Part shown: positions 1-9,304 of the stretch, one piece after another | Layout of the letters: every line of letters begins with the position of its first letter | Numbering within the stretch: the stretch's first letter is position 1 | Assembly: GCA_024683975.1 (NCBI GenBank) | Contig: JAIKXR010000124.1 | Location: forward strand, 1-61,767 | Length of the DNA: 61,767 nucleotides | DNA from: Paludibacteraceae bacterium | GTDB lineage: Bacteria; Bacteroidota; Bacteroidia; Bacteroidales; Paludibacteraceae | Reading direction: 5' to 3' | Program-made: the position numbers and the translations under genes | Notes under the pieces: model-generated | What the model was told of the DNA's origin: nothing | Databases searched by the model: none | What the model saw: the letters and a program-made list of their open reading frames with translations, nothing else

Positions 1-1089
1 TGCATAAATATTGATGGTAGTCAATTTACCGCCATTACCAAAGGCGTTGGTTCCCAAGGTCTGAATACCTTTCCCAAAAGTCAGCGTGGTAAGGTTGGTA
101 CATCCGTAAAACGCAGACGGGTTGATGGTGGTGACATTATCGGGAATGCTGACCTGTGTCAATGTTGTACAATCGCTAAATGCATTTTTCCCAATTTCCG
201 TCAGCCCTGCACCGAGTTTCATCGATACCAGTTTATCACACCCGGCAAAGGCGCATTCTCCTATCGATTTCACGTTGTCAGGAATAACCAGATTGCGCAG
301 TTCGCCTTGAAAATTGTAACACAGATAAGCGGGGATATGCTCTACTTCGTCGCCGAAGGTTATTTGTGTGGTCCAATTATTTCTCTCTTCTGTATGCCCA
401 CTACTATAAGATCCAACATAATAAGAAGAAAAAGGAGCGTTTATGGCGGATGTAAAATCCGAGCAATGCACAGGTTTCCATACTATTTTAGCGAGTCCGG
501 TACAATTGTAGAATGAGGCTCTTCCCATATCTTCCATTGTTGAAGGGATGGTTATGCTTTTCAGTTTCTGTAATCCATAGAACGCCCTGCCACCGATATA
601 GGTAAGTCCTTCGTTCAGTGTTATTTCGGCAAGGTTACTACAATCGGCAAATGCCTGTTCCTCTATGCGCTTGACGCTTGATGGGATGTTGATTTTCGCG
701 AGGGCGGAGCAGCGGTTGAAAGCCTTTGTGTTGATTACTTCGCAGCCTTCGGCTATGGTAACGCTGTTAAGCGAGGAGCAGCCCTCGAACGCTGATGAAC
801 CGATAGACGTAACAGTAGCAGGAATAACAACGGAGGTTAAATTTTGTTGTTGGTAGAATGCTTGTTCGTCAATACCAATTACTGTATAATCGCGGTTGTT
901 GTAACTGACCTGTTCAGGGATGACGATGGCACCAGAATAATAATACTGATTATACTGTACAATTTTTGCTACCGTGGCGGTGCGGGTGGTCGCATCAAGG
1001 TTGTACATAATGCCGTTGATTTCCTCGGCGGCGAAGTTTGTGCCTGTCCATAGAATGCTGATGAACAAGGCGAGATAAAGTTTTTTCAT
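1..1089 (-). CDS. BspA-like leucine-rich-repeat surface protein, 3'-partial (runs off the window start)
   Basis: ATG at 1089-1087 gives MKKLYLALFISILWTGTNFAAEE (signal peptide). I checked triplet by triplet that the minus frame stays open to base 1; it is missing from the ORF track because there is no stop in the window. It has repeated ~23-aa units of the IP.SV..IG..AF..C..L type. Confidence 0.75.
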   Translation of the reverse strand, partial: MKKLYLALFISILWTGTNFAAEEINGIMYNLDATTRTATVAKIVQYNQYYYSGAIVIPEQVSYNNRDYTVIGIDEQAFYQQQNLTSVVIPATVTSIGSSAFEGCSSLNSVTIAEGCEVINTKAFNRCSALAKINIPSSVKRIEEQAFADCSNLAEITLNEGLTYIGGRAFYGLQKLKSITIPSTMEDMGRASFYNCTGLAKIVWKPVHCSDFTSAINAPFSSYYVGSYSSGHTEERNNWTTQITFGDEVEHIPAYLCYNFQGELRNLVIPDNVKSIGECAFAGCDKLVSMKLGAGLTEIGKNAFSDCTTLTQVSIPDNVTTINPSAFYGCTNLTTLTFGKGIQTLGTNAFGNGGKLTTINIYA

Positions 1090-1487
1090 TTGGTTTGTTG
1101 GTTTTTAATTTTGCCTACTCACTTATGGCTTTTCGGCATCCTCCATTGAACACTATACAAAAAAGTGGACTCGACATTGTCGTTCCACTCTTTGAGGCTC
1201 TCGCATTGCCCGACTTTATAGAAACCGACAACGCAAAGCCCACAACGAATATACGATACCGCCATATACACCAATCAACACACCATAGGGTGTAAAGGCA
1301 TATACAGACATGGCTGTCCTATACTCACGGAGCATTTATCGTTGCAGAGTTCTGATAAAGTCTGAAACTTGCGAGATTTCAAAGAGTCAGAACGGAGCGC
1401 AATAAACGCATTTCAATATGTTTCCGCTTTTTTACGCTGTCGGAACCAGCGGTGCTGCTGTTTTACGTCGGCAGAGGACGGTGATGG

Positions 1488-1736
1488 TTATAATGCTACG
1501 CCATATTCATATATAGCATCGCTCGGCAAGTCAATTCGGTCATTCCAATAGATGCAAGTGCGACTCGCATCCAACTGCGCATTTTCAAAGAGACCATACT
1601 CTGTCTCAAGATCATGAAAAGCAGGCAAAGTTTTAATATCCTCTGCTACATCATAACACACCCGCCGCCCATCGTCAAACGAAACGAGCAACCGGTAATC
1701 CGCAAGCGGCTGGTATGACTTGATACGCGGTATCAT
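1488..1736 (-). CDS. DUF2442-like small protein
   Basis: ORF 1488..1793. The internal ATG at 1736 (MIPRIKSYQPLADYRLLVSFDDGRRVCYDV...) matches the usual N-terminus and beta-rich pattern of DUF2442 proteins, judged from memory. Confidence 0.55.
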   Translation of the reverse strand: MIPRIKSYQPLADYRLLVSFDDGRRVCYDVAEDIKTLPAFHDLETEYGLFENAQLDASRTCIYWNDRIDLPSDAIYEYGVAL

Positions 1737-2140
1737 TGATTTGGATGTTAATCTTTTAATGGTGGTAGTTTTATAATTTTCTGTGTGTTCCACATTTCTT
1801 GCAGTTCATCTTTATGCACGGTATGGTTTGCGGCGGCAAAGGTAGTATAGAAATGGGGATATATGCAAACGAGAGGGCATTTTTTTTATGATTGTATATT
1901 TGTTGTACTGCTTAATAGGCGGCTATATGAGCAGTGCACGAATAGAATTCGGGGTCAATTGTCAAAGTAAAGAGCGGCTATTAGCTGCTGCAATGAACGA
2001 AAAAGACAGAAGGCTGTCCGTTAGGATAGCCTTCTGTCTTGAAGAGGGGGTCATTGGTTGATGGGCGAGCTAATCGTTGCGGTGCTGACCTTATTAGTTG
2101 AGGTGCTGACACCGACCTATTAGTTGAGGTGCAGACCTTA

Positions 2141-5100
2141 TTAGTTGAGGTGCTGATCTTGGATGGTGTAGATAGAGCCTTGGATGGTGTAGCGGATGCC
2201 GTTGCGCTCGATGTAGAGAATGCCTTTCTCGATGAACTTGCGGCAGTCGTCTGTAGTCTGAATGCCGGTCTCGTAGAGGGCAGTCGGCTCTTTCTTTTCG
2301 TATTGTGCTGTAACGGTGAGGTCGGCAGTCACATGGGTGTAGTCAATGTCCCAGCCTTTGAAGGTGTAACCTTCCACAGCGGGTGCTTCAGGTGCGACAG
2401 CGTCTGCGCCGTGCTCCACTACTTGCGGGGTTCCGATAGTGTTGCCCTCTTTGTCAAGGAAAGTAACAGTGTATTGTTTGATGACGAACCATGCAGTAAC
2501 GAGAGTATCCGTAGTGACGACAAGTCCTGTTTCGGGGTCGTATTTATCCCAATGGTCGAAGGTGTAACCTTCATCGGGTGTTGCTGTAAGGTGTAGGACA
2601 GCCTCATCGGGTACCGCCGTAAGATTGATACCATCCTCTTCTACCGTTATCGTTCCGTTCTCGGCAGTGAGGGTGACTTGGAAAGTAAAGTTGCCCGTGA
2701 AGTATCCGGGGATACCTTTCCTATCGGGGCGAGCATATTCCGCATCCCTATATGCAAAGTCATAGGCCGTTCCTTTTCCTCCAGTCAGAGCGTTACAGTC
2801 AAGGAACATATCGTCCGATAAGTCGGGTGTCCAAGTTCCATTGCAGTAGATAGCAGTTAGTGCTTCGCAGCCGGAAAACATGGCAGTCATATTTTCCACT
2901 TTATCCGTATTGAAGTTGTTCAAGTCAAGCGTTTTGAGAGTTGCGCAGGCAACAAACATTCCATTCATATTCTCCACATTAGCCGTATTGAAGTTCTTCA
3001 AGTCAAGCGTTTTGAGTGCTGCGCAACCGGCAAACATATAGGTCATATTGGTTACTTGAGCCGTATTCAAATAGTCCAAATGTTCTATTTCTTCGAGTGC
3101 TTCAAACATTGCGAACCAATAGTAAGTTGCGATGGGTTGTGCTTCTTTCATAGAGACATCGAAAACGACTTTCCGTATAGCGGTTATCTGTTGTGCCGTT
3201 TCAGGTAACTCAATCTCAGAAACACCAAATAGGCTGCTCCATTCGGTCATTACTCCTGGTCTGGTTCCTTTCTGTGTGTCGTAATAGAGTGTCATAGTTT
3301 TTTCGTCCTCAGACAGAGCGGCATAAATCCCTCTAACAGGAGTGAAGTATCCCGGTTTGCTTTTTTCGTCGGGACGTGCGTAATCCGCATTCGTATGTGC
3401 ATCGTCATAAGCAGTTCCGTTTCCTCCCACAAGACTTGTACAGTCAAGGAACATATCGTCGGAGTCATCCGGTGTCCAAGTGTCATTGCAATAGATGGTG
3501 GTGAGTGCAGTACAACCGGTAAACATTCCTTCCATATCCGACACCCCAAACGTAATGAAACGACTCAGGTCAAGCGTTTTGAGTGCTGTGCAACCGGCAA
3601 ACATAAGGGTCATAGTGGTTACTTTAGCGGTATTGAAGCTGCTGAGGTCAAGACTTTGTAGTGCGGCGCAAGCGGAAAACATTCCTTCCATAAGTTCCAC
3701 GTTAGCGGTATTGAAGCGACTGAGGTCAAGACTTTGTAGTGCGGCGCATCCGTAAAACATTCCACTCATATCGGTCACGTTCTCCGTATTGAAGTTGCTC
3801 ATGTCCAGTTTCATGAGTGAGCTGCAACCGTAGAACATTGAATTCATATTGGTCACGTTCTCCGTATTGAAGTTGCTCAGGTCAAGAGTTTGCAGATCTT
3901 CGCATGAACCAAACATTCCATTCATATTCTCCACGTTTGCCGTATTGAAGTTGCTCAAGTCAAGAGTTTGCAGCCCCATGCACCCCATAAACATTGCGGC
4001 CATATTGGTCACGTTCTCCGTACTGAAGTTGCTGGGGTCAAGACTTTGGATACTTGCGCAAGCGGCAAACATCTCAGCCATATCGGTTACGTTAGCCGTA
4101 TTGAAGTTGCTTATGTCCAATTTTTTGAGGAGGTTGCAACCGGTAAACATTCCTGCCATATTGGTCACATTAGCCGTATTGAAGTTGCTTATGTTAAGAC
4201 TAAAAAGGTTGTTACACTCACTAAACATTTCTGCCATATTGGTCACATTAGCCGTATTGAAGTTGCTCAGGTCCAGTTTCACGAGTGACTCGCAATTGTT
4301 GAACATTTTATTCATATCGGTCACGTTATCCGTACTGAAGCCGCTTAAATCTAAATTATTGACGTTTTTACAGCGATAAAACATTTCAGCCATATTGGTT
4401 ACTTCCGTAGTGTTCAGATAGTTTAAGTTCTCGATTTTATCTAAATCCTCCATATCATAGAACCATCTGTAAGTGGAGGTCGGTCTTGCCTCTTTCATAG
4501 AGGCATCTACTATTACGTTTGTGATATCCCTATCGCAATATGAAGCTCCATCGGTTATATTCCATAATTTAAGAATCTTGTGTGACGCTTTGTTTTCATC
4601 GTAATAGAGCGTCATTGTCTTTCCGTCCTCGGAGCGCGCGGCATAAATCTCTTTTTTTTCGGTGAAGTATCCTTTATTATCTTCTCTGTCAGGTCTTGCG
4701 TAAAGGATATTCGTATGTGCATCGTCATATACCGTTCCGTTTCCGCCTTTCAGACTTGTACAGTTGGCGAACATGTCATCGGAAGAGTCAGAAGACCATT
4801 TGTCATTACAATAAATAGTGGTGAGTGCCGTGCAGTCGGAAAACATTCCCATCATAACGTCCACATAATTCGGAAAGACGTTGCACATATCCAGCGTTTG
4901 AAGGCTTTTGCAACCGTAAAACATACCGGTCGTATTTTCCACGTGTCCAGCAAAGAAGGTACTTAGGTCAAGACTTTGGAGGCTTGTGCAGAAAGCAAAC
5001 ATACCGTTCATAGCGGTAGCAGAAGCCGTATTCAGGTAGTCCAGATGCTCGAACTCCACCACCCCTTCCATTCGGTAGAACCATTGTTTGGTCGTGGTGA

Positions 5101-5365
5101 GTTTTGCCTCTTTCATTGACTCGTGCAATACGACTTTTTCTATATCCGCCAACTCGGCGGCAAAACTGCCGCTGTAATCAGCATCGGATGCTCCGTCCGT
5201 TTCATTCCACTCGTCCAAGACATTGTCCCTCGCTGCTTTCATTTCATCGTAATAGAGGGTCATCGTCTTTCCTCCATCGGACAAAACGGCGTAGATTTCC
5301 TGTGCACGTGCCACGTTCACAACGAGCATGGTCAGTGCGAACAAAAAGAATAGTTTTTTCTTCAT
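2141..5365 (-). CDS. Large BspA-type leucine-rich-repeat surface protein with C-terminal Listeria-Bacteroides repeat domains
   Basis: 1074-aa ORF with signal peptide MKKKLFFLFALTMLVVNVARAQ. It has dozens of 23-aa LDLSNFNTANVTNM..MF..C..L units and three paralogous modules beginning IYA.LS.D.KTMTLYYD. The C-terminus carries YTVTFLDKEGN...GYTFKGWD repeats. Confidence 0.88.
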   Translation of the reverse strand: MKKKLFFLFALTMLVVNVARAQEIYAVLSDGGKTMTLYYDEMKAARDNVLDEWNETDGASDADYSGSFAAELADIEKVVLHESMKEAKLTTTKQWFYRMEGVVEFEHLDYLNTASATAMNGMFAFCTSLQSLDLSTFFAGHVENTTGMFYGCKSLQTLDMCNVFPNYVDVMMGMFSDCTALTTIYCNDKWSSDSSDDMFANCTSLKGGNGTVYDDAHTNILYARPDREDNKGYFTEKKEIYAARSEDGKTMTLYYDENKASHKILKLWNITDGASYCDRDITNVIVDASMKEARPTSTYRWFYDMEDLDKIENLNYLNTTEVTNMAEMFYRCKNVNNLDLSGFSTDNVTDMNKMFNNCESLVKLDLSNFNTANVTNMAEMFSECNNLFSLNISNFNTANVTNMAGMFTGCNLLKKLDISNFNTANVTDMAEMFAACASIQSLDPSNFSTENVTNMAAMFMGCMGLQTLDLSNFNTANVENMNGMFGSCEDLQTLDLSNFNTENVTNMNSMFYGCSSLMKLDMSNFNTENVTDMSGMFYGCAALQSLDLSRFNTANVELMEGMFSACAALQSLDLSSFNTAKVTTMTLMFAGCTALKTLDLSRFITFGVSDMEGMFTGCTALTTIYCNDTWTPDDSDDMFLDCTSLVGGNGTAYDDAHTNADYARPDEKSKPGYFTPVRGIYAALSEDEKTMTLYYDTQKGTRPGVMTEWSSLFGVSEIELPETAQQITAIRKVVFDVSMKEAQPIATYYWFAMFEALEEIEHLDYLNTAQVTNMTYMFAGCAALKTLDLKNFNTANVENMNGMFVACATLKTLDLNNFNTDKVENMTAMFSGCEALTAIYCNGTWTPDLSDDMFLDCNALTGGKGTAYDFAYRDAEYARPDRKGIPGYFTGNFTFQVTLTAENGTITVEEDGINLTAVPDEAVLHLTATPDEGYTFDHWDKYDPETGLVVTTDTLVTAWFVIKQYTVTFLDKEGNTIGTPQVVEHGADAVAPEAPAVEGYTFKGWDIDYTHVTADLTVTAQYEKKEPTALYETGIQTTDDCRKFIEKGILYIERNGIRYTIQGSIYTIQDQHLN

Positions 5366-5536
5366 AGTTGTTTTGTTTATGTTATGTTGTTATTTGTTTC
5401 GTTAAAAGTACGGTATCATAACGCAAGCAAGCGATGTCGGATATGCAAATCCGGCACCGCTTGTGCGTTGCGAATGGTTGTTTTTGTTGTTTTTAGTACC
5501 CTGTTCGCAGTGGGGGGGGGGGTAATATATGTGGTG

Positions 5537-5809
5537 CTATTTGTCTTCATAGTGACCGTAGGCGGTAAGGACTTCTATATGTACTTCCGTTTCATAGATA
5601 CGGTAAACTAAACGATGTTTCTTTGTAATCTGGCGACTCCAACGCCCTTCCGGTTTGCCTTTTAACGGTTCGGGATGACCAGTACCTGTTTTTGGGTGAT
5701 CCACTAATTCTCCAAGCAGAATAAATGCTTTTTGAAAAACTTTAGGCTCACTACGTTTTAATTTACGTAAATCTTCCTCAGCACGGGGAGAATAGGTGAT
5801 AGTGTACAT
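5537..5809 (-). CDS. yoeB: YoeB/Txe-family toxin of a type II toxin-antitoxin pair
   Basis: MYTITYSP...GTGHPEPLKGKPEGRWSRQITKKHRLVYRI...AYGHYEDK matches the YoeB G.G.PEPLK...WSRRI..HRLVY...GHY signature. Starting at the ATG at 5809 removes the overlap with the upstream gene. Confidence 0.8.
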   Translation of the reverse strand: MYTITYSPRAEEDLRKLKRSEPKVFQKAFILLGELVDHPKTGTGHPEPLKGKPEGRWSRQITKKHRLVYRIYETEVHIEVLTAYGHYEDK

Positions 5810-5811
5810 AG

Positions 5812-6060
5812 TTATAAAGCATTGAGCCAAGCAATCATATCTGCTTTGTTATTGAACCTTGTTCCTTTTCCTTCTGCTATTTGCTTATCCGCTTCGTCTA
5901 TACGACGGAAAAACTCCTCCTTGGTCATACAAGTGGGGTCTTCGGTCATCTTATTAGCCAATTTGCGCACGTACTTGACCACCTTATCAAACATGGTCTC
6001 GTCTTCGGCGATAATGGCGAGATTGCGGTAGAGTTCCGCGTTCAATTGTAATGCGTTCAT
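5812..6060 (-). CDS. Putative antitoxin partner of YoeB
   Basis: Small acidic ORF ending 2 nt before the toxin start. I chose the ATG at 6060 (MNALQLNAELYRN...) because a TACCTTTG -7 box lies inside the longer ORF-track version. Confidence 0.6.
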   Translation of the reverse strand: MNALQLNAELYRNLAIIAEDETMFDKVVKYVRKLANKMTEDPTCMTKEEFFRRIDEADKQIAEGKGTRFNNKADMIAWLNAL

Positions 6061-6294
6061 AATTGCGTTCTTTTTCAAACCGGCGGCAAAGGTAGGTAAA
6101 AAATTACAAACAGAGAAAACAAACCGTGCGAATTTTGCGAAATTCATACTCACGAGTCAGTGTGACGGGGGCTTGCTGTGAGTGTGTTCCTTCGGTGTGA
6201 GTATTGTGTGATTTGCTTAATCACCCGCTAATCACCCGCTAATATCCCGATGGTATATGCTGCCAACAAGGGAATTTTTATAGAGAATTGTGGC

Positions 6295-6393
6295 GGAAGG
6301 ATGGTGTTTGGCACGGAGTTTTATGGAGGAAGGATGGTGTTTGGCACGAAGATTTATGGTGGAAGGAGGGTGTTTGGCACGGAGTTTGCAGGG
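6295..6393. repeat. 3 x 33-bp tandem repeat (GGAAGGATGGTGTTTGGCACGGAGTTTTATGGA)
   Basis: Units at 6295-6327, 6328-6360 and 6361-6393, read directly. It lies between the TA promoter and the moxR start. Confidence 0.9.
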
Positions 6394-6443
6394 GAAAGAA
6401 CGGAAAGAAATACCTGATTGCAAACATACATAAAACATATACT

Positions 6444-7439
6444 ATGGAAACGACAGTAGATATTCGCGAACTTCAAGAGCGCATCGAGCGCGAGAGTTCA
6501 TTTGTAGATGCCCTGAGCATGGGCATGAACCAAGTCATTGTGGGTCAAAAACACCTGATAGAAAGCCTTCTGATAGGTCTATTGAGCGACGGTCACATTC
6601 TGTTGGAAGGCGTGCCGGGCTTGGCAAAGACATTGGCAATAAAGACGATGTCAGAGTTGATTAAAGCACGCTTCAGCCGCATCCAGTTCACTCCCGACCT
6701 TCTACCCGCCGACGTGATAGGTACACAGATATACTCGCAAAAGCGCGAAGAGTTCAGCATCAAACGGGGACCCATCTTCGCGAACTTCGTCCTTGCAGAC
6801 GAGATAAACCGCGCCCCCGCCAAAGTGCAATCGGCACTGCTTGAGGCTATGCAGGAAAGACAAGTGACGATAGGCGAAGAGACATTCCGCTTGGACGACC
6901 CGTTCCTCGTACTCGCCACACAGAACCCCATAGAACAAGAAGGCACCTACCCTCTCCCCGAAGCACAAACCGACCGATTCATGCTCAAAGTGGTAATCGG
7001 TTACCCGCAAAAAGATGAGGAACAACAGATAATCCGCCAGAACATATCGGGCGAGAAGAAACAAGTGCTCCCCATCCTGTCACCGGAAGATATACAGAAA
7101 GCACGTGCAGTGGTCCGCCAAGTGTATTTGGACGAGAAGATAGAACGTTACATCATTGATATAGTGTTCGCTACCCGTAACCCCGAACAATACGGATTGG
7201 ACCAACTGAAGCCCATGATAGCGTTCGGCGGCAGCCCGCGTGCAAGCATCAACCTCGCCCTCGCCGCCCGCGCATACGCCTTTATCCACAGACGCGGTTA
7301 CGTGGTGCCGGAGGATGTCCGCGCCGTGTGCTATGACGTACTTCGTCACAGGATAGGTCTGACATACGAGGCAGAAGCCAACAACATGACCGCCGAGGAT
7401 ATGATAACAGAGATACTGAATGCGGTACAGGTTCCGTAA
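6444..7439 (+). CDS. moxR: MoxR-family AAA+ ATPase
   Basis: METTVDIRELQERI...LLEGVPGLAKT (Walker A)...FVLADEINRAP (Walker B)...ATQNPIEQEGTYPLPEAQTDRF. I chose the start at 6444 because the upstream ORF part only translates the 33-bp repeat. Confidence 0.92.
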   Translation: METTVDIRELQERIERESSFVDALSMGMNQVIVGQKHLIESLLIGLLSDGHILLEGVPGLAKTLAIKTMSELIKARFSRIQFTPDLLPADVIGTQIYSQKREEFSIKRGPIFANFVLADEINRAPAKVQSALLEAMQERQVTIGEETFRLDDPFLVLATQNPIEQEGTYPLPEAQTDRFMLKVVIGYPQKDEEQQIIRQNISGEKKQVLPILSPEDIQKARAVVRQVYLDEKIERYIIDIVFATRNPEQYGLDQLKPMIAFGGSPRASINLALAARAYAFIHRRGYVVPEDVRAVCYDVLRHRIGLTYEAEANNMTAEDMITEILNAVQVP

Positions 7440-7530
7440 TCAGTTGATGAGTTGATGGGTTGATGGGGTTATGGGTGGTTGATAAGTTAATGAGTTTATG
7501 GGTTGTTCAGCAGTTGAAAGTTTATAGTTT

Positions 7531-8403
7531 ATGACATCAGAGGAGTTATTACACAAGGTCAGGAAGATAGAAATCAAGACACGGTCGCTGAGCCGCAATA
7601 TCTTCGCTGGCGAATACCACAGCCAGTTCAAGGGCCGCGGTATGGCCTTCTCCGAAGTGCGCGAATACCAGCCCGGCGACGATGTGCGCTCCATCGACTG
7701 GAACGTGACCGCCCGCCTCAACCGGCCGTTCATCAAAGTGTATGAGGAAGAACGGGAACTGACAGTGATGCTGTTAGTGGATGTGAGCGGCAGCAGCGAG
7801 TTCGGCACGCTAAGCCAGATGAAACGCGACACGATGGCAGAGATAGCCGCTACATTAGCGTTCTCAACAATAGAGAACAACGACAAGGTCGGGGTGTTGT
7901 TCTTCTCGGACAAGATAGAGAAATTCATACCTCCGAAGAAAGGCAAGAGCCACGTGCTGCACATCATCCGCGAGCTGATATCGTTTGAACCCCAGTCAAA
8001 AGGCACAGACGCGGGTCAGGCATTGCAGTACTTCACCAATGCGTTGAAACGGCGCTCGACCGCTTTCCTTATCAGCGACATGCTGCTGAAAGAGGATATA
8101 AAGCAGTTGGAGAAGCCTGTGATGATAGCAAGGAACCGACACGATTTGCATGTGGTGCAAGTGTATGACAAGCGAGACAGAGAACTTCCCAACATAGGTC
8201 TTGTGAAGATGCACGATGCGGAGACAGGCAAGGACGTATGGACAGATACAGCCTTGCGGTCGGTAAGACAAGCCTACTCCACCCAGCGCGCAAAGAAACA
8301 GGCGGCTGTGGATATGCTGTGGAAAAAGACCGGCATATCCAACGTGAGCGTAAGGACAGACGAAGATTATGTGAGAGCGTTAATGAAACTTTTCAAGAAG
8401 TGA
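7531..8403 (+). CDS. DUF58 protein (MoxR-associated, vWA-like)
   Basis: EVREYQPGDDVRSIDWNVTAR...LLVDVSGS pattern, in the conserved position after moxR. Confidence 0.85.
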   Translation: MTSEELLHKVRKIEIKTRSLSRNIFAGEYHSQFKGRGMAFSEVREYQPGDDVRSIDWNVTARLNRPFIKVYEEERELTVMLLVDVSGSSEFGTLSQMKRDTMAEIAATLAFSTIENNDKVGVLFFSDKIEKFIPPKKGKSHVLHIIRELISFEPQSKGTDAGQALQYFTNALKRRSTAFLISDMLLKEDIKQLEKPVMIARNRHDLHVVQVYDKRDRELPNIGLVKMHDAETGKDVWTDTALRSVRQAYSTQRAKKQAAVDMLWKKTGISNVSVRTDEDYVRALMKLFKK

Positions 8404-8404
8404 T

Positions 8405-9304
8405 ATGTTCAAATTATTGTTAGCGATAATAGTAAGTGCGACGATTGATTCGACGACTCTGTTTTTGGGTGACCAGACGGCGTTGCGTCTTGAGGCAGTT
8501 GCACCGAAAGAGGAGCGGGTCCAGATGCCTGTTTATGGCAAGTATCTTATACCCGGGATAGAGATAGTCAAGCGGACGGGTGTTGACTCGACGCAACTGA
8601 AAGACGGACGGGTTCAACTGAGACAGACGCTGACAATCACATCGTTTCAGGATTCTCTGTTTGCCATCCCCCCCATTGTTTTTTACGCAGACGGCGACAC
8701 ACTTTACAGCCAGCCGCTGATGCTTAATGTGGTTCAGCCTTTTGAGTTGGACTCAACCGCCGCGATAACGGACATCAAACCGATTCAGAAAGCGCCTGTA
8801 TGGGTATGGGGCATAGTCCGCTGGATAATGCTTCTGCTGATATTGCTACTTATGTGCGCGGGCATCTATTACCTTCTGAAGCACGTCCGTGACGGCAGAG
8901 ACAAACGCCGCATATACATTCCCAAAGAGCCGGAAAGACCCGCCGAAGAGGTTGCTCTGGAGAAATTGGATGCCATTCGCGAGGAGAAGATATGGCAAGC
9001 CGGCAGGGAGAAAGACTACCACACACAACTGACGGATGTGGTAAGAGAGTACATAGGCAAGCGGTTTGACGTACATTCGACGGAGAAGACATCGAACGAG
9101 ACACTGAGGGAGATGAAGACGGTGCTGAAGAATCAGAAGGAACTGTATACTGGTCTGTCGCAGATGCTGCAGCTGGCGGATTTGATAAAGTTCGCGAAAT
9201 GGAAAGCTACACCCGATGAGAACGAGAGGAGTCTGCAGACGGCTTATCAGTTTGTGAAAGAGACGACCCCGCTGGACGAACCAAAAAAGGAGGACAAGCC
9301 ATGA
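8405..9304 (+). CDS. Membrane protein of the Bat cluster (DUF4381-like, tentative)
   Basis: 299-aa ORF with a central TM helix (WIMLLLILLLMCAGIYYLL). It overlaps neighbours by 1-4 nt, which suggests translational coupling. The position between DUF58 and batA is conserved in Bacteroides. Confidence 0.6.
   Translation: MFKLLLAIIVSATIDSTTLFLGDQTALRLEAVAPKEERVQMPVYGKYLIPGIEIVKRTGVDSTQLKDGRVQLRQTLTITSFQDSLFAIPPIVFYADGDTLYSQPLMLNVVQPFELDSTAAITDIKPIQKAPVWVWGIVRWIMLLLILLLMCAGIYYLLKHVRDGRDKRRIYIPKEPERPAEEVALEKLDAIREEKIWQAGREKDYHTQLTDVVREYIGKRFDVHSTEKTSNETLREMKTVLKNQKELYTGLSQMLQLADLIKFAKWKATPDENERSLQTAYQFVKETTPLDEPKKEDKP

Noticed and set aside
3395-4379. Plus-strand ORFs of 86-176 aa (3395..3661, 3495..3755, 3849..4379, 3968..4288) with periodic LKLLRS-type sequence
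   Set aside because: They are antisense to the LRR gene. Their periodicity mirrors the 69-nt LRR repeat. The minus strand carries a 1074-aa ORF with a signal peptide and known domains.
6288-6443. N-terminal extension of the moxR ORF (MWRKDGVWHGVLWRKDGVWH...) and the antisense ORF 6232..6438
   Set aside because: Both are translations of the 3 x 33-bp tandem repeat. The canonical MoxR N-terminus begins at the ATG at 6444.
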